64,000 nucleotides of DNA from Bdellovibrionales bacterium (GTDB taxonomy: Bacteria > Bdellovibrionota > Bdellovibrionia > Bdellovibrionales > UBA1609), in contig JAWLHR010000014.1 in the NCBI GenBank assembly GCA_041690295.1, positions 19,664 through 83,663 of the forward strand. The letters are read 5' to 3'. This document shows positions 47,201 through 57,160 of the stretch, piece by piece. Each line of letters opens with the position of its first letter. The stretch's first letter is position 1. The translations under genes were made by a program, and so were the position numbers. Below the pieces are notes generated by a model. It saw only the letters and a program-made list of their open reading frames with translations, did not search any database and had not been told where the DNA came from.

Positions 47201-49537
47201 GAGCGCGGCGAACGGATTGTTGAACGGTTTTTTCTCCGGACGTTTTTGCGGCGCGGGCTTCTGGCCGGACGGACCACGTTTGTCGCCTTTTTTGCCCTTG
47301 CCCTTCGTTTTCCCTTGCGCTTGGGCTTGGGGCCGCGGCTTCGGTTCGGGCTTCGGTTTTTCCGTCAACTTCATGGTGAGCGAGATCTGATTCTTATCGA
47401 GATCCACGGCCAAAACTTTGACCTGCACCTGATCGCCCGGTTTAACAACCTGCCGGGGATCATCGACGAAATCATGGCTCAACTCCGAAATATGAACCAG
47501 ACCGTCCTGATGGACGCCGATATCGACAAATGCGCCGAAGTTAGTGACGTTGGTCACAAGGCCCGGGCAAATCATCCCTTCCTTCAAATCCTTCAGCTCA
47601 TGAATGTCATCACGGTACTGGAAGATCCTAAAGGGGTCGCGCGGATCGCGGCCCGGTTTTTCCAACTCTTTAATTATGTCGTCGAAGGTGAATTCACCGA
47701 TCAGTTTGGACCATTTCTCACGCAGGGGTTTCAACTTCTCAGCGCCCGGCCCCATCAATCCCGAAACCGTCACGCCGACTTCCTGAGCCATTTCCCGCAC
47801 GGCTGAGTATCGCTCAGGGTGAATTCCCGTCCGATCCAAAGCCACTTTTCCATCCTGAATTCTTAAAAATCCCGCGGCCTGCTCGAACGTTTTAGAAGAA
47901 AACTGCGAAACCTTTAACAATTCATCCCGCTCTTTGAATAAACCGTTGGTCTTACGGTACTCAACGAGATTGCGCGCCAGCGCGGGACCGATCCCCGACA
48001 CATATTGAAGCAAAGATTCCGAGGCGGTGTTCAGATCAACACCCACCTGGTTCACGCAGGACTCCACCACTTCATGCAATGATTTTTTCAGTCGCGACTG
48101 GTTCACATCATGCTGGTACTGACCAACGCCGATGCTCTTCGGTTCGATTTTCACCAGTTCCGCCAGCGGATCCTGCAACCTGCGGGCGATCGAAATCGCT
48201 CCCCGCACGGTCAAATCCAAATCGGGAAACTCTTCGCGCGCGATTTCAGAAGCCGAGTAAACACTGGCGCCGGATTCGCTGACCATGATCACCGGCACAT
48301 CCTGTCCGATCTCCTTCAGGATGGATCGAATGAAGGCTTCCGCTTCGCGGCCGCCGGTGCCGTTGCCCACGGCGATGGCTTCGATCTTGATTTTCTGTAA
48401 GGTTTCAGCGAGCAGAGCCTTGGATTTTTCTTTCGCATCATCACCCTGGATATGCAAAACCGTGTGGGAAACAAAGTGACCCGTGCGGTCAATCAGCGCC
48501 ATTTTACATCCGGTGCGGATGCCGGGGTCGATACCTAAAACCGTTTTGGCGCCAAAGGGAGAGGCCATCAACAAGCGGCGCACGTTTTCGGCGAAGACAT
48601 TAATGGCATCCAGATCCGCGCGCTCTTTAAGGTGGCTATGAATTTCATTGGTGATCGACGGGATCACATGCACCGTCAAAGCGGTTTTCGCGGCGGCTTT
48701 CATGAATTCCGTGGCTTGCGATTCAGTGCTGATGGCGGCCTTTTCGAACTCGGCGAGCAAAGCGCTTTCATCGCACTCGACCGTGACTTTCAACTCACCT
48801 TCCTGCCATCCCCGGCGAAGCGCCAGGTATCGATGTGACGCCTTTTTTGAATCCAGACTTTTAATGGCTTCCGAATAATCGGCGTACATCTCATATTTCG
48901 AATGGGCCTTGAACTCCGGCGTCCGCGTGGATTTCAATTTTCCGCGGTTGTAGATTTCATCACGCACCAACGCCCGCAGCCGGCTGTCGTTCGAAAGCTT
49001 TTCGACGATGATATGCTGGGCACCCCGCAAAACTTCTTCATAAGTCGCATATCCCTTGGCCGCGGAAATGAACTCCTTGGCTTTCACTTCCAAAGTGGTT
49101 TCGTCTTTAAGCTCATTGTGGCTGAGCGCCCAGATCCAATCCGCCAGCGGCGCCAGTCCCGCCTCGCGGGCCAGCGTGGCCTTGGATTTTTTCTTTTTCT
49201 TGTAGGGCCGGTAGATTTCCTCGATTTCGCTCAAATCCCAGGAATTTTCGAGGGAGGCCTTGAGCTCCGCGGTGAGATTCCCCTGCTTCTCAATTTCTTT
49301 AAGAATGAACTCCCGACGCTGAACGATCTCGTTGTGATCTTCAAAGGCCTGGAGAATCTGGCGGATTTGAACTTCGTCCAAATTTCCTGTTTTTTCCTTG
49401 CGGTATCGAGCCATGAACGGAACGGTCGCGCCCTCGCTATGCAATGCTAAAACGGCATTGATGGACTTAACCTGAACTCCGGGAACCCGCTTGGCGATGT
49501 AATCTGTGAGTGCCGGCATACTTTGTGTTGAATTCAC
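47180..49537 (-). CDS. tex: Tex family RNA-binding protein
   Basis: TVPFMARYRKE, IDPGIRTGCK, IGVGQYQHD, S1 domain FGAFVDIG. Confidence 0.95.
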   Translation of the reverse strand: MNSTQSMPALTDYIAKRVPGVQVKSINAVLALHSEGATVPFMARYRKEKTGNLDEVQIRQILQAFEDHNEIVQRREFILKEIEKQGNLTAELKASLENSWDLSEIEEIYRPYKKKKKSKATLAREAGLAPLADWIWALSHNELKDETTLEVKAKEFISAAKGYATYEEVLRGAQHIIVEKLSNDSRLRALVRDEIYNRGKLKSTRTPEFKAHSKYEMYADYSEAIKSLDSKKASHRYLALRRGWQEGELKVTVECDESALLAEFEKAAISTESQATEFMKAAAKTALTVHVIPSITNEIHSHLKERADLDAINVFAENVRRLLMASPFGAKTVLGIDPGIRTGCKMALIDRTGHFVSHTVLHIQGDDAKEKSKALLAETLQKIKIEAIAVGNGTGGREAEAFIRSILKEIGQDVPVIMVSESGASVYSASEIAREEFPDLDLTVRGAISIARRLQDPLAELVKIEPKSIGVGQYQHDVNQSRLKKSLHEVVESCVNQVGVDLNTASESLLQYVSGIGPALARNLVEYRKTNGLFKERDELLKVSQFSSKTFEQAAGFLRIQDGKVALDRTGIHPERYSAVREMAQEVGVTVSGLMGPGAEKLKPLREKWSKLIGEFTFDDIIKELEKPGRDPRDPFRIFQYRDDIHELKDLKEGMICPGLVTNVTNFGAFVDIGVHQDGLVHISELSHDFVDDPRQVVKPGDQVQVKVLAVDLDKNQISLTMKLTEKPKPEPKPRPQAQAQGKTKGKGKKGDKRGPSGQKPAPQKRPEKKPFNNPFAALSALKGE

Positions 49538-49752
49538 TTGTGGCGGTACATGATCAAACCGTGGGTGGGATCATAAGGTGAAACGCCGACCGTGACTTTG
49601 TCGCCCACCACGACGCGGATGTTGAATCTCCGCATTTTTCCACACAACTTGGCCGAGATTTCCACATTGTTTTCAAGTCTCACTTTATAGATACCCCCCG
49701 CGGCGGCATCCACCACTTGTCCGTCAAGTTGTGCAAGATCGTCTTTGGCCAT
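49534..49752 (-). CDS. infA: Translation initiation factor IF-1
   Basis: 72 aa; GKMRRFNIRVVVGDKVTVGVSPYD. Confidence 0.95.
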   Translation of the reverse strand: MAKDDLAQLDGQVVDAAAGGIYKVRLENNVEISAKLCGKMRRFNIRVVVGDKVTVGVSPYDPTHGLIMYRHK

Positions 49753-49764
49753 TCGTCAATTACC

Positions 49765-50256
49765 TTACGGTTTATAATTCGATATCAGATATCTTATGCC
49801 ATCTTTAAACAAAACTTCCAAACGATCATTGCGATTGGCCAAAATGTATCCCCATCCCAATATTTTATGAACAATGGCCGTCTTCTCTTCGAAAGATGAC
49901 TTCATATTGTAGGGTTTGGATTCAATCTGCTGGGACTTTTTGAACAATGTGGACCACTTTTGGGCCAAAGCGGAAGTGGCTTCATTGGGATCCACGTCGA
50001 CTGAAATCTTACGGGTTCTCATTGGCTTGGCCGCCGCCTCCGGCCGGGCCTTCTTGAGCGCCTGTTTCGCTTTCGCGATGTTCGCCGGCGTCACCTTACG
50101 CCCCTTCACGGCGACGGGTGCCGCCGGACTGGCCTTGGCGGCCTTTACCGCCTTGGGAGCCGATTTAGGCTTTACCACCGCTTTTTGAGCCTTTGCCTTT
50201 TTTGCCACAGATTTGGATGGTGCGACTTTGGCCGCATTTTTCGTTTTTTGCGCCAT
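49765..50256 (-). CDS. Lys/Ala/Pro-rich (histone H1-like) protein with a small C-terminal beta domain
   Basis: About 80 N-terminal residues dominated by K/A/P; C-terminal HKILGWGYI...LEVLFKDG. Confidence 0.7.
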   Translation of the reverse strand: MAQKTKNAAKVAPSKSVAKKAKAQKAVVKPKSAPKAVKAAKASPAAPVAVKGRKVTPANIAKAKQALKKARPEAAAKPMRTRKISVDVDPNEATSALAQKWSTLFKKSQQIESKPYNMKSSFEEKTAIVHKILGWGYILANRNDRLEVLFKDGIRYLISNYKP

Positions 50257-50404
50257 GCGATCTCCATGTCAAAAAGACAGGTACTACCGCAAAATTCCTT
50301 GAAAGGCTAGGTCTGAAAGTGGCATGAACGAATGCAAAGCCTTGCTTCGAGTGGGTTTTTCCGCATTCGGTCGGCCCCGATGATGGCCGGAACAGGATCC
50401 GACT

Positions 50405-51463
50405 ATGGCAATTCAAGTGCGTGAAATAGTGGAAAATTTTCCGGATCTTATAAATCTGGTACGCGGGGATTTGAACCGCGAGATCGAGGGGATCAGCGAT
50501 CCTTCCACCGCACGGCGGAATGATCTGATTTTCGCCTCTAAACCAGACCACTTGGACTCCGCATTGTCTTCGAATTCACAAATTTGGTTGATTCACACGG
50601 ATCTCATTCACCGGATCCCGGCCACCGCCCCGGTGGTGTTAAGCTCCAAACACATTCCCTTGTGCATGTCCCGTATCAGCCAGAAGTTTTTCCCCATAAC
50701 CAAACATCACCAGCCGGTGGCGGGTGAGGCCATCTCCCCCAAGGCCGTGATTTCGCCCAAAGCCCGAATCGGTTCGGGATGTATCATCGGACCTGGTGCC
50801 GTGATCGGCGACGAGTGCGAGATCGGCGATCGCACCCGTATCGGCGCCAACGCGGTGATTGAGCCGGGAGTGAAAATCGGCGCCGATTGCCAGATTCATC
50901 CTCTTGTTTTTATCGGCCATAGCTGCCAGATCGGAGATCGGTGCGAAATTCATCCCAACACCACGATCGGAAGCGAAGGCTTTGGGTACGCGCAGGATGA
51001 AGGCTTCAACCATCACCGGATTATCCATTACGGGCGCGTGGTGATCGAAGACGACGTCCATATCGGCGCGAACGTGCAGATCGACCGGGGCACGTTCTTG
51101 GATAGCCGGATCGGCTCCGGCACCAAAATCGATAATCATTGCCATTTCGGTCATAACATCCAGATCGGCCGCAACACAGTGATCACCGGGGGTGTGATCG
51201 CGGCGGGCTCGGTGAAGATCGGAAGCTATTGCGTGATCGGCGGACGCACAACGATTGCCGGTCACTTGGAAATCGGCGATCGCGTCCAACTGGCCGGCCT
51301 TTCGGGCGTCTCGAAGTCGGTTCTTAAACCAGGTCAGTACGGCGGTTTCCCGTTGCAAGACCTGGCGTCGGAGATGCGGGCTCGAGCCGCTTACAAAAAG
51401 CTTCCTGAGGTCTTGAAACAATTGCGTCGATTTCTGGGCGCCGGCGATGAGGTGAACAGATGA
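50405..51463 (+). CDS. lpxD: UDP-3-O-(3-hydroxyacyl)glucosamine N-acyltransferase
   Basis: Hexapeptide repeats; GSEGFGY, IDRG, TKIDNHCHFGHN. Confidence 0.95.
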   Translation: MAIQVREIVENFPDLINLVRGDLNREIEGISDPSTARRNDLIFASKPDHLDSALSSNSQIWLIHTDLIHRIPATAPVVLSSKHIPLCMSRISQKFFPITKHHQPVAGEAISPKAVISPKARIGSGCIIGPGAVIGDECEIGDRTRIGANAVIEPGVKIGADCQIHPLVFIGHSCQIGDRCEIHPNTTIGSEGFGYAQDEGFNHHRIIHYGRVVIEDDVHIGANVQIDRGTFLDSRIGSGTKIDNHCHFGHNIQIGRNTVITGGVIAAGSVKIGSYCVIGGRTTIAGHLEIGDRVQLAGLSGVSKSVLKPGQYGGFPLQDLASEMRARAAYKKLPEVLKQLRRFLGAGDEVNR

Positions 51464-52995
51464 AGTCTTTTTACATCACGACTCCGATTTACTATGTCAA
51501 TGATAAGCCTCATTTGGGAACGGCCTATTGCACCATCATGGCCGATGTCTTGAGTCGCTATCACCGGCTTTTCGGCGAGCCCACCTTCTTTCTCACCGGC
51601 ACCGACGAGCACGGACAAAAAGTGCAGCAGGCCGCCGAGAAGCGCGGCGTTAGTCCCCAACAGCACTGCGATGAGATGGCCGAAAACTTCAAGAGGACCT
51701 GGGCGGAATTGAGAATTGCGAATGATTTATTCATGCGCACCACTTTCGATTATCACGTGCGAGTCGTTCAGGATTGCCTGCAGAGACTCTACGACAAAGG
51801 CGAAATTTACGCCGACACCTATGAAGGTTGGTATTCGGTCTCCGATGAAATCTTTTATACCGAAAAGGAATTGGTCGATGGCAAGGCGCCGACCGGTAGT
51901 GAGGTCAGCAAAATCCGCGAGAAGAGTTACTTCTTCCGGATGTCCAAGTATCAGCAGCGCCTGATCGATCACATCAACGCCAATCCGAAATTCATCCTCC
52001 CTGATTTCCGCCGTAATGAGGTCTTGGGATTTTTGCGCCAACCGCTGGGAGACTTGTGCATCAGTCGCCCCAAAAGCCGCCTGTCTTGGGGTATCGAAAT
52101 TCCTTTTGATCGCGAATACGTGACCTACGTTTGGTTTGACGCCTTATTAAATTACGCCACCGGCGTCGGTTACGGCCAAAAAGGGCGTGAAGAAGAATTT
52201 AAAAAGTGGTGGCCGCCGGTGCACCTTCTCGGCAAAGACATTCTCACCACCCATTCGGTTTACTGGATCACCATGCTGATGGCGCTGGAGATTCCGCTTC
52301 CTGAAACCTTGTTCGCGCATGGTTGGATTCTCAATCGCGATCAAGGAAAAATGAGCAAATCCAAAGGCGACGTGGTGGATCCGGTAGCCATCCGTGATCT
52401 CATCGGCCTCGATGAGCTGAGATACTTTTTGACCCGTGACATCCACTTAGGCAACGACGCGCCTTTCTCACTCGAGCTGGTCCAGTCGCGCGTGAACGCG
52501 GAACTGGCGAACAATCTCGGCAACCTCTTGAGCCGGAGTACGAACCTTGTGGAAAAATTCTTCGGCGGAAAAATGCCGGAACTCCGCTCCAACGACACAC
52601 TGGCGGAAGAGCTGAAAAGAAAGAGTCTGGAACTTCCGGCCCTTGTGAAAAAAGAGATCGAGGATTTCCGTCCGAGCGCGGCGCTTGAACATATCGTTCA
52701 CGTTCTGACCCTGAACAACAAATACATGGAAGAACGAGCGCCGTGGAAGCTGGCCAAAACCGACCTGGCCGAGGCCGGTCATGTCCTCGCCGTCACTCTC
52801 GAAGTTTTGCGAATCGCCGCCGTCTTACTTTCACCGGTGATCCCGGATAAATCGGCGGAGCTTTTAAAACGGATCGGCTGCGAAAGCGCCACCTGGAACG
52901 ATCTCTCCACCTGGCCCGCGCTAAAACCGGGCGCCCCCATCACTAAAGGTGAACCTCTCTTCCCGCGTCTGGACTTTTCGAAATTGGGGGAGTGA
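51460..52995 (+). CDS. metG: Methionine--tRNA ligase (short form)
   Basis: TTPIYYVN, HLGT (HIGH equivalent), TDEHG, YVWFDAL, KMSKS. Confidence 0.97.
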   Translation: MKSFYITTPIYYVNDKPHLGTAYCTIMADVLSRYHRLFGEPTFFLTGTDEHGQKVQQAAEKRGVSPQQHCDEMAENFKRTWAELRIANDLFMRTTFDYHVRVVQDCLQRLYDKGEIYADTYEGWYSVSDEIFYTEKELVDGKAPTGSEVSKIREKSYFFRMSKYQQRLIDHINANPKFILPDFRRNEVLGFLRQPLGDLCISRPKSRLSWGIEIPFDREYVTYVWFDALLNYATGVGYGQKGREEEFKKWWPPVHLLGKDILTTHSVYWITMLMALEIPLPETLFAHGWILNRDQGKMSKSKGDVVDPVAIRDLIGLDELRYFLTRDIHLGNDAPFSLELVQSRVNAELANNLGNLLSRSTNLVEKFFGGKMPELRSNDTLAEELKRKSLELPALVKKEIEDFRPSAALEHIVHVLTLNNKYMEERAPWKLAKTDLAEAGHVLAVTLEVLRIAAVLLSPVIPDKSAELLKRIGCESATWNDLSTWPALKPGAPITKGEPLFPRLDFSKLGE

Positions 52996-53005
52996 GTCGG
53001 CCCGG

Positions 53006-54410
53006 TTAATCGGCGCGCGGCAATTCGATCATGACAATCGTGCCCTGGCCGACTTCGCTTTGGATCTCGATTCGGCCGTTATGAGACTCAATGACGTCCT
53101 TGGCGTAAGACAAACCTAATCCGTTCCCGCCCGTTTTTCCGTAGGTCCATCCTCTCTTGAAGACATTGGCCAGAACCGTTTTATCCATACCCTTGCCATC
53201 ATCACGGATTTGAATTCGAACCTTTCGATCCGCGACCTCACTCGCTACCGTGATCAGCCCGGCCGATTCTATGGCTTCAATCGCGTTTTCGATTATGTTC
53301 GAAAGAACACGTTTAATCCTTGACCCATCCACAAAAACGACGGCGTCTGAAGATCCCTCATCAATACGGGCGTTTATCTCGATAGTTCGATCCCGCAATT
53401 GAATCCGTTTTTCAGCGACAATCGCCTCAATTAGACCGGCCACCGGCACCGGAGCTTTTAATTCTTCCTCGGCCAAATCAGCGTCATTCGTGATCTTATG
53501 GCGCCGGAGGAGATCGTTGGCGATGTCCTGAATCCTTTGAGGTGCGTCTTTCAAAAGAGCTCTCTGAGACTCCGGTACACCTTCCATTTTCTGAGTTAGC
53601 ATTGTTAGCGCGGTCAACGGAGAGCGTATGTCGTGGGCCACTTGAGTGGCAATCGTGCTGAAAGCGACCAAACGCTCGCGCGCCAACAAACGGTGTTGAT
53701 AGTCGATCAGAGACTTAGCCAATCCTCCAACCGACTTCGCAAAACTGCGAATATCCCGGTTTCCCTGCCTTCCCACCTCGTCCGCCGAGGTCCGAATTTG
53801 ATGAAGGTCCGCGCTCTCCAAGGATTCGCGTAAAATTTCAAGCGGGCGAAAAAAAACGCCGGACCACCACCCGGGAAACGGCAAATGATAGCACGAACAG
53901 GAAAAGGCCGAACGTTAGGATCAAAATCGCGCTTCGATTAACTAGGCGTTGGGGAACAAGGGAATCGAATCCCAATTGAATTCGCATCGCCGGAAAATGC
54001 TTTTCCTCGTCGAAATGGACTAAGGCCTCACGAACGGCGGAGGACGAGACATGATTTTCGGCCCCAAAATCGCATATCTTCACCCCGGAAGGATTCTCCA
54101 TCAACAATCTGCTCACTCTGGTATTCTCAAAACTCTCTCGACATTTGCGAAAGAGTTCATCATAGCGACCCACGAGCACATCTTGAGTGACGTAAGCGGT
54201 AAACAACTTTTCATAAGAATCAATTTGGCGCGAACCTTCCTCTTTTAGACTGGAGAGCAAAATAGCCACCGAGACGACCGAAAAAAGAAGTAAGATCAGA
54301 AATGAGTAACCGAAAATGAACAAAAGAGCGCGATGCCGTATCCCAGTCTCGTTTTCCGCGAATAATCCGTTAAGAACCCGTTTTAACCGTCCGAACAAAT
54401 CTACTTCCAT
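53006..54410 (-). pseudogene. Membrane sensor histidine kinase split by a 1-nt frameshift in a T8 tract
   Basis: The N-half (two TM helices plus periplasmic loop) ends ...VRRFFSPA*. The C-half continues FFRPLEIL... with AHDIRSPL, NIIENAIEA, DDGKGM and GNGLGL. Removing one A from the A8 run at 53849-53856 joins them into 467 aa. Confidence 0.85.
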
Positions 54411-55909
54411 GAGAATTTCCAAAGCTCAACTTCTGGCTGAAATGGGTTGGTTGGAGGAGTGTGTACTTGAGTTGCTTTTACTATGGGCAAATCCAACTGA
54501 AAAAGCGGCATGACCAACAATTGATCCTCGAAATCAGAAAGTACCTCACCCAACCTGCTTTCCCGATTCCCGCTCGGATTCACAAGAACCGAATTCAATC
54601 GAGCGAACAAATTTTTAGTGGGAAATACGCCGAATTTGATTCTCGATGTTTCGCGCAACGGATCCATAAAGCCCATCGGATCGGGGTAATTCCAGTAAGC
54701 ACCCATGATCAAATCATAGTTTTTCGATTTAAGTTCCGTGAGGATCTGACTCCTGGGAACAATACGAAGGTCCGCTTGAACTCCCCATTTAGACATGGTG
54801 TCCTTTAGATGACCTGAGAAGCCGCTAGGAATCCAGTCACTGAAGAGGACCATACGAATTTTTCTTGAAGGTTTCCGCTCGGATGGTGATCCCTGCGCAC
54901 GCAGCTGACCTCGTTGGTAGTACTCGTTTGGTAGAATTCCTTTCGGCAAATAAGTATATAGCGGCTTGAAAAAATCGCTGGATTTGGGATATTTATTCTT
55001 TACTTCATTTATAATCTGATAAATGCGCTTTCGCTCATCATACTTTCCGAGGACACCTTCAAGATTCACAAAAAGATGGGCATAAGTAAGGCTGCCGATT
55101 CGAATCACTTCAATACCCTTGTCCAGATCTTTCAATGCCGAAACCTCTCCCACCGAGGCGCCCAGCAGCACATCCAATTCTTCATTTCGCAGTTTTCGCA
55201 GTCCATCCTCGAGTCCGCCGAATGAAGCGATCTCAATCGTATTTGCACGGACACTTTTATCCGCGTTGTTTGAGCGAACAAAACGCCACATAGAACGTTC
55301 TTTGTCCCAAGTCCCTTGGAACGGTCCAGTCCCGTCGGGACTAGAAAAGTTTCCAGTTCCTTTCGGCATAATCGCGAGGCCCGCCATCGAAAGGACGTGA
55401 AGAAGTTCGGGTGTTGGCACCTTGAGGCGAAACCTAACCGCGTGATCGCTCAATTTCGTAATAGCTGGAGAAAATTCATTGTCTTTCAACTGACTCGGGC
55501 CATCCAGCAAGGCTCCCAGGTAGGTACCTAAGATTGAATTGGAGTTAGACCACAGTTGACGGGAAAGACTCCAAATGACGTCATCGGCTTTAATAGGTTT
55601 TCCGGAGTGAGATTTTGCATTTTTATCGAGCCAAAACGTATATGTTCTTCCGTCTTCCGAGACCGTCCACCTTTGAGCAAGATTGCTCATAAACCGGCCG
55701 CGATCACTGTACCTGATCAATGATTTATATTGAAGTTGCATGATCATGTAATGGCTTGAGTACCACGCCTCGCTTGGATCCAGAGATTTTGGAATTATCG
55801 TGACACCAATCCTTAATGTTTTGTTCTTAATTCGTGCATCTCGCGGGCTCGTTTTCGGCATTGCCTGTTGTGATGCCAACAGAAAAAAGGATAGAATTAA
55901 ACTTCCCAT
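54401..55909 (-). CDS. Family 5 (OppA/DppA-like) extracellular solute-binding protein
   Basis: Signal peptide; SLDP, LAQRWTVSEDGRTYTFWL, GKPIKADDVIWSL, GTGPF. Confidence 0.88.
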   Translation of the reverse strand: MGSLILSFFLLASQQAMPKTSPRDARIKNKTLRIGVTIIPKSLDPSEAWYSSHYMIMQLQYKSLIRYSDRGRFMSNLAQRWTVSEDGRTYTFWLDKNAKSHSGKPIKADDVIWSLSRQLWSNSNSILGTYLGALLDGPSQLKDNEFSPAITKLSDHAVRFRLKVPTPELLHVLSMAGLAIMPKGTGNFSSPDGTGPFQGTWDKERSMWRFVRSNNADKSVRANTIEIASFGGLEDGLRKLRNEELDVLLGASVGEVSALKDLDKGIEVIRIGSLTYAHLFVNLEGVLGKYDERKRIYQIINEVKNKYPKSSDFFKPLYTYLPKGILPNEYYQRGQLRAQGSPSERKPSRKIRMVLFSDWIPSGFSGHLKDTMSKWGVQADLRIVPRSQILTELKSKNYDLIMGAYWNYPDPMGFMDPLRETSRIKFGVFPTKNLFARLNSVLVNPSGNRESRLGEVLSDFEDQLLVMPLFQLDLPIVKATQVHTPPTNPFQPEVELWKFSWK

Positions 55910-55987
55910 GGTTTACCTTTACTTTCAATTACACAGCAAAATCAAAAACTTCTCCCAAATGTTCTTTTCACGCTGCATCCTGAATCC

Positions 55988-57160
55988 ATGAGTCATTCCC
56001 TACCCAAGCCTCGCGATCCGTCGCGCCGGTTTATTTCGCAAGCGATTGTCTCAGCAACTCCCGGCGTGCTTTTGACAGCCAACTTGCCACTGATCGCCAG
56101 CCACATCGGACTGACGTTAGCCTCAATCGGAGCGTTTTATTTTTGGTATAGGTTGGGCTTCATCCTTTCGTCCGTACTCGGAGCTCCAATAACCAATCGC
56201 GCCTCAAACCGGATCGTGGCGGCTTCATCCGAAGCGCTCAACGTCCTTCTTTCCGCTTTGATCGTGCTGGCTTATTTTTTTGAGTTGGGCTCACTTCTGT
56301 CTCCCGTCCTTTGTTTTAAGGGTTTGTTGGGCGGATTGATATTGATCGTGCGCTTCCACTGGCTGAAGGAGATGGAGAAAGACTCCGAAAGCAGCAAATC
56401 CGTTCTCGTGATCACGAATCTCATCAGCCAGATCAGCTATGGCTTGGCCGGTGTTTTTCTAATTTTCTCGATCTTCAACCCGGACAACGTATATTGGCTG
56501 GCCATTCTTGATGCGGCGACTTCGGCGGTCGGCGCGCTTCTTTTTTTATCGATACCCGCGAAATTGAAGCCACCGGACCGTTCGACCCAATTTTTCTCGT
56601 TCTCCGTCTTGGTTTCCGGCGAGCGCCGTTGGTTGTTTTTGGCCGAGTTTTTTTTGGCATGCGCCCTGGGCGGCACCAATCTGTTATTGGTCGAATACGG
56701 CCAAAAATATTTCGCCGGATATGGTGGCTACGGCCTGACCTTAACCCTTTACGCTTTACTTTATGGGGTGGGCGGGATTTACCTCGCGAACACCGTTAAA
56801 AAGAAAAGTCAGTCCGCAAGTCGGTATCTTATGGCACTGCCAGTTCTCCCAATCGCCTTGCTCGCACTCGGACAGTCCGAAAGCATTTACGTTCTAATTT
56901 TCGCGTTTTCACTTCTCTTTGTGGCTTACGCATTGATTCGTTCGGCTATCGACGTGACCTGGTTCGAAGTTTCCAATCAGAGTAATTCCGCCTTGATCAT
57001 GGCCTCAAGGCAATTGCTGATCGGATTGGTTTGGGCTCTCGGTGAGTATGTTTATGCGCGGATCGATGCGGACACGGAAATCCGGGCCATCCAAGCGGCG
57101 ATCGCCATATTACCGACCGTTCTTTATCTTTGGCTTAAACCGCGTCACCGAATCGAATAG
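55988..57160 (+). CDS. MFS-like multi-pass membrane transporter
   Basis: 390 aa with roughly 12 hydrophobic segments and LDAATS; motif A is degenerate. Confidence 0.7.
   Translation: MSHSLPKPRDPSRRFISQAIVSATPGVLLTANLPLIASHIGLTLASIGAFYFWYRLGFILSSVLGAPITNRASNRIVAASSEALNVLLSALIVLAYFFELGSLLSPVLCFKGLLGGLILIVRFHWLKEMEKDSESSKSVLVITNLISQISYGLAGVFLIFSIFNPDNVYWLAILDAATSAVGALLFLSIPAKLKPPDRSTQFFSFSVLVSGERRWLFLAEFFLACALGGTNLLLVEYGQKYFAGYGGYGLTLTLYALLYGVGGIYLANTVKKKSQSASRYLMALPVLPIALLALGQSESIYVLIFAFSLLFVAYALIRSAIDVTWFEVSNQSNSALIMASRQLLIGLVWALGEYVYARIDADTEIRAIQAAIAILPTVLYLWLKPRHRIE

Noticed and set aside
50320..50336. TGGCATGAACGAATGCA as a sigma54 promoter for lpxD
   Set aside because: GG-to-GC spacing is 11 rather than the required 10.
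55910..55987. Peptide-signal precursor gene in the SBP/MFS spacer
   Set aside because: Only 78 bp, with no credible RBS-led ORF.
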